Shown here: positions 1 through 12,100 of the stretch, piece after piece | Numbering within the stretch: the stretch's first letter is position 1 | How the letters are laid out: each line of letters opens with the position of its first letter | NCBI GenBank assembly: GCA_001949185.1 | Contig: BDGG01000004.1 | Location: forward strand, 4,187,777-4,251,776 | DNA from: Ramazzottius varieornatus | Taxonomy: Eukaryota > Animalia > Tardigrada | Reading direction: 5' to 3' | Length of the DNA: 64,000 bases | Made by a program: the position numbers and the translations under genes | The notes under the pieces: generated by a model | Databases searched by the model: none | What the model saw: only the letters and a program-made list of their open reading frames with translations | Told to the model about the DNA's origin: nothing

Positions 1-107
1 TTAGGGTGGCATGGTCATTTATCGACGCGAATCAATCAGAGCCGACGAATCAAACAAACAAATATGCATCGCGGAAGAATGCCACTGTTGCCGCAGGCTT
101 GTCGATG

Positions 108-3100
108 TTAAACTTGCGTTTGTTTTCCCAAGAGTGAGGAAAACGGTTGGGATGCTTTCATCATGACGTGGCCGTTCCAGGCGCTTCTCACAGGTGAGGC
201 TCGACGTCCATTCACTTCCCCGTTGCGTCCGGTCAGGAGGGAGACCGTTTCAGGGTCCGGTTCTTCTTCGCCGTCGCCCTTTCTACCGAAGCTGGACAAA
301 GCCTCGTGGCTGACGTACCGGCGGGTAGCTTCGAGGGAGCTGAGCCCGTGCTTGCGATGGAGAGATCCATACCCTTCCAGAGCCGGCATGGATGGCGGAA
401 TGTCCACTTCAAAATGTAGATCGCTGACCGATTCAACTATTGTGAAGAAAACGACAAAAGTGGAGAACCCGGATGGATGTGAAAGATGGCAAGATAATGT
501 ACCTTTGCTGAACTGGTTTCCTAGTTTGGCCTTTTCCTCGTCCATATAAGCGTCGAGGACGGCGGTGGGAATATAATCAGAGAAGCGTTTGGATATGGTC
601 GAATGCGTCACGTAATCGTCCTCCGCTTTGTTAGCCACCGTCGCCGAGTCTTGAAATAGTTCGGGCGGGTTCACAGATTCCAAGTACTCATTTGCGTCCA
701 AATCGTCCTCGGCAAAGTCAGCATCCAGCAAAGATTCGTTCTCACTGATACTGCGGTCGCGGTCGTCAGTGGGCAAGGATGACCGGCCATCGGCTCGACC
801 ATCAGCAGAGGCCGTCGTTGGCGCCGTGTCCGCATTAGTGTCTTCGGCAGTATCGAAATCCGTACCGAGAGGATCCCACGAATAACCTATCGTCGTAAAC
901 CCTCGTTAATTTATCATCACTTACAGTATATCCACCAGAGTTTGGACAAGAGCTCCACAGTTTACACAAGAGACACAGCATTCGAGCAAACTATATGATA
1001 CCTTTATTCAGTCCAAGCACCTCAGAAACTGCATAAAGAGAGAGAAGAAAAATGAGAGCCCGTCACCCGGAAGAAGTGGAAAATGGAAGACTGGAATCCG
1101 TCTTTCCAATCACGCCTCACCTGGGTCGTCGTGTTCACTGTTCATGGGGGAGGTGGACACGGAAGCCATGTAGCTGCCATCGGGATGGGACGTTAATGGC
1201 TGACTCTCACTGCGGTCATCGCGGGCACCTCTTCTGTTCCGAGATTCTGGAAGGGGCAGTCGATACATCAAGCTCGGTCCGAACCTAATTAGGTTCAAGG
1301 ACAAGTGGACATACCGTAGGAGGAGGATCGGGGGAGATCCACCAGACAGGCTTTCACAACATCCGGCTCGGTGGACGTAGGCTCCAAGGCCAAGTTCAGC
1401 AAGCTCTTCTTGACGGACATGGTCTCAGATGAAGCACCGGACAATGAAGGAGGCGGAGGTGTTAACGGTGGATTTCGGAAGCGACTTTTGTTGAAGCGAT
1501 TGATGGAGGACGTTCCTTGGTCACTGTTGCCGTTGTTTAAGAACGGCTGCCGAGCTTCGATCTCCAAGTTTGATATCTTGCTACCACGTTTCAGCAGCTC
1601 ATCAGGCAGCCGAGACTTGGCGAACTTATTCCTGGCTATTTCGTTGTAGTTACTGACATTGTTGTTTATCTGATTCAGCTGGGAAGAGGGTGACCCAGTG
1701 TGGTCGTTGGGAATTACACGGATTTCACGACGCTTCCTGTAGCGACGACGGCAGAGAACGGCTAGGATGGTACAGCCAAAGACAATCACGACCACCGCCA
1801 CGACGACCAGAATTTCGATCCAGCTCCAGACAGGCCCAATGGAACTCGTGTTTGGGATGAACATAGCCTCGTCACAGAACTGACCTCGTGTTTGAGAAGT
1901 GCAGTTGCATCGGAAACTGCCAAACAGGTTCTCACAGGTGGCGCCATTGTGACAAGGTGTTTGCTGACATTCGTCAATGTCGCGTTCGCAGCGGAGACCC
2001 TCGAAGCCGCTGAAACACTGACAGATCGGTCCAATGGTGCCTGTAAAATAATAGTCAGTCAAAAACGTGATCATGTCTGTACGTTGACAACAATACTATT
2101 GCCTGTATTCATTGCTATCCGATAATGTTTTTCATCAGAACTTTGTTATTGCAATTAGACGTGATGAAAATTATTAATGTTCTTTCAGCACCTTCTTCAC
2201 AACCGCCGTTCGCGCAAGGGTTCGGGTTGCAGTAGCGGCCATATTCACAGCGCTTTCCTGTCAAGCCAGAAGGACAAGCACAATGATAGTCATTGGGCAA
2301 GCGGTTCGTGCACGATCCTTGCAGACAAGGGCTGCTGGCGCATGGATTCGAGTCGTTCTCGCAGAAAGTCCCCAAGAAGCGAGCTGGACATCGGCAGATG
2401 AAACCCGTCTTCGAGATGGACTCACACACCCCGCCATTCTGGCAAGGTCGCGAAGCACACGGACCCAGTTCGTCCAGCGAGATGTGACATCCTCGCTCCA
2501 CGTGCGCCATCTGTAGCATGGTGGCTTCCGAGTTTCGACCGGAAGTTGGTAGCGCCACTCCGTTGAGGTGAACATGCTTCATGCAACCGATGAAACCCTG
2601 TCGGACATCTTTTGGTTCTTCGATCGATCGTGGTGGCATGAAGGACCTTCCTGGGACTTCGGCTCCGAAGAAGGCGTCGTTACCTTCCAGGTTCAGAATA
2701 TCGTTGATACCGGGAGCTGTTGCGTGAGCTGTGTACTTTCCATCAATACGAATCTCCGCCTACAAGCAATGTCTGGATAATTGGTGTCGTTGGACCTATC
2801 TCGACAATTAAACAATAAGAACTACTGAACACAATTGAGAATTTCCTGTTTTAGTTGACGTATGAGTATTACGGTTCTCGAGTATAGCTGCTATGCGATA
2901 TGTACCGTACCAATGATCTCGGACTTTTTGCTACGTAATTTCTATCTATTGCCTGATAATTCAGTCTGCTCTTTTTACTTCTGCAACTTACTTGACGGCC
3001 ATGGCGCTGGACGGACAGTTCATGCCACTGGTTGTCACTAACAAACAGACCTTCCAGCCTGGCTATTCCTTCTCCAGACCCACAGTCAAAGCGGTACTGG

Positions 3101-6100
3101 ACGATCCCATGCTTGATCTCCAGGATGCTATAGTCCAGTCTTCCAGCGACGTACATCAGGTTCCCCGCGCCGTACCGGGTCTTGAATTTCATCGTCAAAC
3201 TCAGGTGACGTTCGATGGGTTTGTGCAGGTCGTACCAGGCGTAACCGTCACCGTTGAAGCTCACGGCGTCGTGGTCAGTTGGAGTGCTGCTGGTACCGTT
3301 GGTCAAACAATCTTCAGTGTCGCCTCCATCAGGACATAGGCATCTGGCGTCGTTTTTCCCATGTGTTACACAGACCTTCGGTGGTTCGCACTTCCGGGTG
3401 GCGCAGTCGTTGACAAGCTTCTCACAGCGAAGTCCACCATATCCTATAACAAAAAAAGGGTTTGACCAACGCCTTTTTATCGATCGGTCCGAACGAGCTG
3501 TTTACTACCGTAGATAGTTACAGACCTGGTTGGCAAATGCAACGATGACTTCGTCGATGTCGAGGAAACACGTACGATTGTCCATTTTGTCCGACTACCG
3601 AGACGTAAGGTTCTTCCCAGGCTTCCAGAAGCTTCAGGTCTTCTTTGCATTCTCCGTGGACGCATGTCTTTGGTCGGCAGACCGGCGGTATCACCCGAGC
3701 ATCGGCAGTGTGTAGTATGTTGTTGAAGGTGGTCATTTGGGTTTGAAGAACTTCACGAACGTGTTGGGCGCTGTGGTATCCGTCATCGCTTTTTCCTCTG
3801 GCTACTGCAAACAGAACGTCAACAGCGTTGTTTTCGTCACCGATAGCCCGTTTTCGGCGGTCTGTTGTGTCGTTGTCGGAGTCTGCAGACTGGACGCTGA
3901 TGATGACGACATCTTTGTTTCTCCGCAGGGCGAAGATCTGCCTGACTGCTCGGACGAACTCTCGTCGGTAGGTGTTGACGAACTCTTCGACCGAAACGTC
4001 ATCGAGCTGGATACCAACGCTGTTCTCCAAGATTTCTGGTGACACCTCCGAAATCGAAACAACCTGCGGAAGAAGGACAAATTTAATATGCTAGTCGATC
4101 ATATAATCAATAAAACAATATCAGTAAATATAATTTGGCGGTAGTTAACTCACCACTTTTTCGTAGGTTGTGAAGCGTCCGTCAGTAACCGAGACGTTGA
4201 GATCGTACTGGCCAGCTGGTACTTCAGTTTTGACGAACAACGAGCCACGTTCTGCGTCGATGTCAAACAGAGTCTTCAGGTCGGGGGTCGCAATGTCGAA
4301 ACGGAGGGAATCAAAGATGTCAGCGTCGGTCGCCGTCACACGACCAATCATTCCGCCGGCGTATGTGCTTTCGGCCGACAAGATGGAAATATGGCCTGGT
4401 GTGATCTTTGGCGGGAACTGGCTTTCTTCTACTACACGAATCTTCACCGGGACATCTGTGGATAGGGAGGGTTTTCCGTTGTCGGTCGCGCGGATGACCA
4501 AGTCGAAGGTTGAGTTGACGCGCTTGTCAAAGTGCTTAGCGGTTCGGAGAGACGTATCCTCGGAACGAACTTCAAAGAAACCTTCCTCGTTGCCGGAAAC
4601 AATCGACAGGACGAACGGAGCACCATTGGGCTCCAAGTCCAGATCCGTTACGCCGAAGCGGAGAACCGAGAAACCGCTTGGACGCTTTTCCTGCTTAGGA
4701 AAAAATCGGTCAGATTTCTTCACGGGTTAATCTGAGTGGAAGAGCAGACTGCCAATAGCCTTATTACCGGAACAAGACTTACATGAGAAGAATTGGCATT
4801 AGTCTGACAGGAAGAGAAGCAGAAGAAGAGAAAGTGAGAGTTAGAAGCCCGTCACCAATAGTAAGAGCCACAGCACAGCCACAGCACCCCGTATGTTTGA
4901 CATGGTTATGACAACACGCCGACGACACCTACCTGTAATAACAAGGAGTAGTTGTTCCGGTCGAACATCGGGCGCTGATCGTTGACATCAGTCAGTGAGA
5001 TTTCCACGGTTGTTGAGGTGGAAAGACTGGGTTCGCCGTGGTCGACAGCCACGATGGTCAAGGCGAAGGAGGGTATCTAGAAGAAAAATAGACTCGTACA
5101 AGGAGTTACATTCCAAGAGGTTGAATATCATCGTACAGTTTCGCGATCCAGCTTTGACTTCACTGTGATCCATCCAGTGAGGGCTTCCACATCGAACGGC
5201 ATGGATTTATTCACCACTTCGTACCGAACTTTGGCGTTCTCCGCGCTATCAGTATCCACGGCTCGGACTTGCAAGACCTGGTTACCAACTTCCGTGTCCT
5301 CGTTGATCTTCGCCACGTACAAATCTAGGTTGGAAGTATTGGTTACGGCGAAGTATCGTGTACCACCTGAGATGAAAAGATGCTGGAAAGATGTTGGACC
5401 TACCTTGTGCCCATTGCGGCGAGTTATCGTTCACATCTGTGACAAGGACGACTACCTTCGTAACTCCTGTCAGTGGAGGGTCGCTCGATTCAGTGGCCTG
5501 AACTGACAGCAGGTATTGCGCTTGCGCTTCGTAGTCCAACGACTTGTTCAGAGTGATCTTTCCCGTTTTAGCGTCCATAACAAAGAACCCGAGTTGATTG
5601 CCGTCTGTGATACCGTAAGTAATATCCTCGTTGACTGCGTCGTCCTGGCTAGAAGCAGCGACACTTCCGATCGCTGTACCTGTCGGAAGGTTCTCGGCAA
5701 CGTTGAACGTGTACTCTTCGCTGATGAAGACGGGTGGATCGTCTCGTACATTCTGCACAGCGACCTGCACTCTTCCCATACTCCACAAGGAAGGACTACC
5801 GGCATCTTTCGCCCTGACTCGCAAGTCATAGCGCGCAGTCTTTTCTCGGTCGACGTTGCTAATCAGCCGGAGGAAACCAGTGTTAGGCTCCACGGCAAAG
5901 AGACGAACTGCTTCCGGGTCGTTCTGGTCCGCGGCTAGAAGGCTGTACCGCACTACCCGATTCACGCCTATCAAAATGATATGGAGTTAGCACACAACAC
6001 CAAGAATGCAGAAATAAACAACGTACCCAGATCATTGTCAATTGTCCGGATACGATGCAGCAGCGTGTTGACAGGAGTGTCTTCGGGCACAACCACGGTG

Positions 6101-9100
6101 ACGTTTTCTGCGAACTTCGGCGCCATGTCGTTGACATCGGTTACGATGATTTCAACGCTTGCAGTACAGGATCGTCCATCATGGTCAGCTGCGATGCCCA
6201 ACAAGGCATACTTGTCCTGTACTTCTCGGTCCAGCGTAGTCTTAACTCGCAAGAGGCCAGTCCCCCTGTCCATGGAGAAGGAACGGGCTCCGTCACCAAC
6301 GAACGAGTAATCCAAAGTGTCCTGGGCGTCAGCATCGAAGGCTTGCATGCGCAAGACTACATGACCAACTTCGATGTTCTCCGGGATGATCTCGCGAAAA
6401 GATGACTTGTTGCAGTGCGGAGTATTGTCGTTAACGTCCAGAACTTTGACGCGGAGTTTAGTTCTTGCGCTGTCGGTTCCATCAGTCGCTGATATGGTTA
6501 GCTCGTAAGAGTCTTTGGTTTCGCGGTCGAGCGGCTGGATGACGAAGACCTCTCCACGAGACGTGATCATGAAGTGGTGGAATGGATCGCCTTGAATGAT
6601 CGAGTACGAAAGCACGCTGCTTTGGTCAGGATCAACCGCTTGGACCTCCACGAGGGGTGTTTCGGGCACGTACTCTTCTTGGATGGATGCTTCGTAATAG
6701 GATTGTGGGAACCTCGGCGGGTTGTCGTCGATGTCCAACACCTGTTACCAAAAAAACAAAATTGAAAATTGTTTTCTTTCTTTCTGTTTTTTACAAATAT
6801 TCTTTTGTTATTTATTTCATGATTTCTAAATAGTTTCAGGAGTATTCCTGTTCAGATTCTGTGGACCGACGGCATTTAAAAATTCGACACGTACCTCCAC
6901 TTTGATGGTGGTCGTTGATGAATGCGACGGTGTACCGGCGTCGGAAGCTTTCACTCGAAGTGAGTACTCCGCTTGTGCTTCCCTGTCCAGCTTTCTATCA
7001 ACAGTCAGCCACCCGGTCCTTTGATTCACGCTAAAAGGGCCATCCACCATGACGAGTAGCTCATATCGCACTTCCGCGTTGGGTCCGCTGTCAGCGTCGA
7101 AAGCCTGCAGTGGCAATAGACGCAACACCCCACCGGTATAGTTCTCGGGAGCCTGGACCACGAACTTGTCACTCACAAACATTGGTGCATTGTCGTTGTC
7201 ATCAATGATTTTGATCTTGATGTGGGAATGAGTGATGTAATTGGGAGCATCCTTCAACGCAGCAGCCACCACGAAATTGTACTCGCTGTAAGCGTCGGCG
7301 TCCAGAACATCGGACACGATGATACGCCCGTCAGTGTTGATGGAGAACGGGAAGGACTTTGTGTGGTTCCCTGGTGGCACGATCGTGAATGTCACTGCGT
7401 CGCTGGTGGTTAACTTGACCTGCGCCGCCGTAGTATTGACGGGTGAGTCCTCGTAGATGCTGATATAGTAGACTTGTTGCGAAAACTCTGGAAGGGCGTG
7501 GTCCCCGTTGACTATGTGGATTTCCACAGGGATGGTGGCTTGCAGTGGTGGTATCCCGTGATCGGTAGCTTCCACGAGAAGCGTTACCACTTTGTTCTCC
7601 ATGCCTGCAACACGGAAAACCTCAAGTCTTAATCACAGTTTTATTTGGTAAAATAATAAAAGTTTCACGTACCGTTTTTGATGGCTTTCCTACTGCGAAT
7701 GGTCCCAGTGTGTTGATCGATTGCGAAAAGACCATGATGACCGCCTTGAGTCTTTTTGATGTTGTAAGAAATCGTTCCGTTCTCGTGCAAGTCTTTATCA
7801 GCAGCCTCCACCTTCAAAATGTTGGTATCCGCGGTTGTGTTGGACAGAAGCGAGATCGAGTAGGAAGAGCGCGTGAACAGTGGTCGTTCATCGTTCACAT
7901 CTATAACAAAACTCCGGTGAAAATTTCGTTCAACCGCACAAAAGTACGCAGGCGTTCGAAAGCTTACCGGTCACTGTGAGGTTAACTTGGCAAAAGTCCT
8001 TCAGTCCTCCGACATCAGTGACTTGTACCCAGAACAAGTACGACTCTCTGCTTTCTCGGTCCAGAGAGCCGCTGACGGACAGATGACCCTTCTCACCATC
8101 AATGGAAACCACGTCATCATAGTAATCTCCAACTATGGAGTACCGTATTCTGCCGTTTAGACCAACATCTCGGTCCGAAGCTCCAATGGACCCGATGCGA
8201 GTTCCAATAGCCGAGTTCTCCGCGACCTTCAGACTGTACAGAGGCCAGTCACATTTCGGCGCATATCGGTTCGAGCTCACTGGGAGGATGTTGACGTCGG
8301 TCTTGCTCACGTAAACGCCATCAGAGGCAGCGACGACCAAATGAGTTGCTGCTTTCAGGAACCCTTTAGCGAACGAAGAGAACGTAATCCCACCTACAAA
8401 GAGAAACAGTTATTATAAGGCAATTTATCATAAATATCATTAGGCAAGAACTTGGAGAATCTTTCGTCACCTTCGGAATTTATAGTGAATATTCCGTCTT
8501 CGTTCCCTTCGATGATTTCGTAAACGACGGTGGGGTCTTCATCGCGATCCACCGAGACAACGGATCCGATCAGCTTGTCGGCTTGAATTTCGTCGTTCAC
8601 AACGAAGTCATACGAGGATTGACTGAAGCATGGCGCTTGATCGTTGACGTCTGTGGAAGAAAAACGTTTCCTCCAATCGTGTTCAAAGAACTGTTGTTAA
8701 TGCTTTTCGGTTTCATACCTTTGACTATGACGCGAAGGGTCATAACCGAGCTGTGCCGCGGATGTCCGGAGTCCGACACGATGATCGTAAGGTCCATTCG
8801 GTCCACGGTTTCTCGGTCCAGGCTAGTGGCCAAAGACACCACACCGCTGACTGGATCGATATGGAAGTAATCCGAAGCTTTAAAGCCATCGCCGGCTGAA
8901 TGACCTTTCTGAATGCCGCACCGGAAGTACACGTCTTCGTCTTTCTTGGGTCGAACCTTGTTGTTGGCTTCTTTAGCAGCATCCTCCGACCACTGCAAAG
9001 TGTACTGCAACAGCGCGTTGTCCTTCGAGTCGTCGTCTTTGAAGGATGCACGGAATATCTGGCTACCAGGCATGGTTGATTCGCTAACTTTGACTGTTGC

Positions 9101-12100
9101 GAACGTCGTCCCATCTAAAATACCGCGATACTACAGATATTGCATATACTGAAGAGAGAAAAACAAAGTACCAGAAGCTCGCGGCGCATGATCGTTGACG
9201 TCCAAGATGTCCACTGTGATGTTCACCTCAGAGTACAACATTTCCCAGTGCACTGGATCCATCGCACGAACCAGTAAGACGTACTGCTTTTGGCTTTCGT
9301 AGTCAACTGGCTCCACAAGTCTTAATGTTCCTACACAGGCGAAAATATCAATTATTATTCATTTATTGATTCTTGTGTCTGATCAAAATCTTTGTTCGAT
9401 ACGGTGCATACTCTCTGTTTCAATAAATCATATTTTTTTTAGATTTTGAATACCTATTTTCAAGCTTCTGCTGTACGTGTAAGGGAAAAATCAAACTTAG
9501 CTTCCTACCAGTGTGGAAGTCGATATCGAAGTTGTTGAATGGGTCGCCGCCCATAATAGCATAAACCACTTTACGAACAGCATCAGAGTCATTTCCAGAG
9601 GTGTAATTGGCAGTAGTCGACGAGACCAGGGCGCCAATCTGGAGGTCTTCGGGGATCTTAACGCTATAGACGGACTGCGTGAAGTCGGGGGCTGTATTGG
9701 ACAAAACACGCACTTCCACCACAGCCTCGGCAGACAACGAAGGTTGACCATAATCTGCTACTCCGATTCTCAGCGTCAAGACCTTTCCAATATCTTGCTC
9801 TTTCGACAACTTCCTTGCTAACATTAGGCCGCCTGTTGCATTGTCGACTGAAAAGCGTCCGCCTTGATTGTCAAGAAGCCAGTAATTCAAGGTTGCATTC
9901 TCGCCGTCATCATTGTCCAACGCGGTGATATTGGCGAACGACACCAGTTCTTTCGTCCGGTATGGAATGGCGATTCTGTAGACGGACTGAGTGAAGGACG
10001 GTACCTCGTTTGCATCTGTCACGGTAACCGTCACATTTGTGCGAGCAACTCGACGGATATTAAGGTGGATGCTAACTGCTTCGACCTGCAGAGTAACGTT
10101 CGGTGTCAGCTCGTGGTCCAGAGGCACACCGGTACTCGACAGCACACCCGTCACCGAGTTCAGTAAGAAAGCGGGATGACTGGTCAGAAGCATGTAATGC
10201 GTCTGTTCATTCAAGTAACGACCGATAATGGAAAGTTGCAGCAACGCTTGTGGAGTGACTTGGTTTTCTCGTAGAAGAACCAGGTAGGACGAGTTGGAAA
10301 ATCTCGGTCCGCTGGTATCGAGCGGGACGAACGAGACGAAGACCCGAGCAGTGGCGGTAAACGCACCATCGAAGACCTGAACAACCAGCGAACGAATGCC
10401 GCTCTCGTTGGTCATTCTTTCGACGCTGAGAACCCCGGTTGACGAGTTGAGATGGAACAACCTGCCAGCAAAATTTCGTTGTAGGATACGCAGATTCGTT
10501 TTATTGATTACTAATATCATAATGAGCCGATAACATTTTTTTAGCGTACCGGTCAATGTTGCCACTCATCAGCTTGTAGCTTAATTCGCTCGTCGGTAGA
10601 TTGTCCTTGTCGGTTGCGGTGACAATTCCCACTATACTGTTGGGGAATGCGGGACTTGTCATGGTGAAGTTGTACTCTTCGGCATCAAAAACAGGCTGAC
10701 AGTCGTTAGAGTTGACGACGTCGATTGTCACTTTGGCCGATTCGGCTGACAGCAGTGGTGGCTGTCCGCTGTCACTGACTTGAACGTGAAAGATGAACTG
10801 CTTCCTTGTTTCGTAATCAACGGGCTTTTGCAGACGGATACTGCCTGTCGGCAGGATCTGGAAGTGCTCACGAGCTGTTGATTCCAGGATGCTGAAAGAT
10901 AGGAGCTTGTTCAGGCCGTCATCTGGATCGGAAGCAGCGAGAATGATGGGTCGTCCACTAGAGTCGAGAACCATGGACCCGACAGGGGAAGACTCGCTGA
11001 TACTGCCGATGATACTTGTAAAATTCAAACTTGGTGGATTATCTGCCAAGTACACAAAAAGTAAATTACATACTATTTCTGACAAATATAAACTTGTTTT
11101 CAGATATTTCTCATTTATTTGTTACCGTTCAGGTCTGTGACGAAGATTGTCAGTGTAGCCACGCTGATGTGGTCCGACTGACCAAAAGCCTTTACGACTA
11201 ACGAGTACTTCCGCCTCTTCTCGTAGTCCAGGGCCGCACTTGTAGTGATGACACCCGTGGACGGGTTGATAGTGAACACGTCCTTTGAACCGTCGCCTTC
11301 GTCGGTGAGTTGATAAGACGTGAAGGACTGGGCCTCCACCTCCAAGACGGCAACGATGGTGCCTGCCGGCTGGTTCTCTCGGACGAAAGCGGTTGAGTGG
11401 TCTTGGGCGAACCCAGCCTTGTCTCGAACGGTATGGTCGACTTTCATTAGCATCACCGTAGCTGATGACAGCGGTGGAATACCCTTGTCCACGGCCTCCA
11501 CTTTGACGGCGACTTCATCGTTTCCCAGTTTCTCGGCGGACTGCGTCAGCTTGATTACACCAGTTACGGGATCGATGGCGAAAAGCGACTGGGAATCCAC
11601 CAGACGATAAGTGATTTCCGCATTCAGACCTGTATTAATACATGAAATATTTCTCATGTTTAACATAAGAAAGGAACAGTTTGTAGGAAAGACTGACCTG
11701 TATCGGAGTCAGAAGCCTCAACAGTAGCGATGACTGTTCCGGCCGGTGAACCGGCGGGGATATTAAGCGTCGAGGCCAGGTTGCGGAAAGCAGGATATCC
11801 GTCGTTCATGTCAATCACATTAATAGAAACCCTGGCAAGATCGAAGCGGGAATGGATACCGCGGTCCTTGACAAGAACGATCAGGGTGTGGTGAGCGGTG
11901 GTCTCGCGATCCAGACTTTCTTTCGTGGTGATGGTGCCCGTATTTTCGTCGATGGCGAACTTGGACTGGCTATCCGGACTGACAGATGAGTAGATGCTGT
12001 ACAGCAGCGCCTTGTCCTCGTCCACATCGGATGCGGCTACTCGTGTAACTTCCGTTCCTGGTGGAGAGTTCTCGGCGACAGATGCGATGAAGGACCGCTT

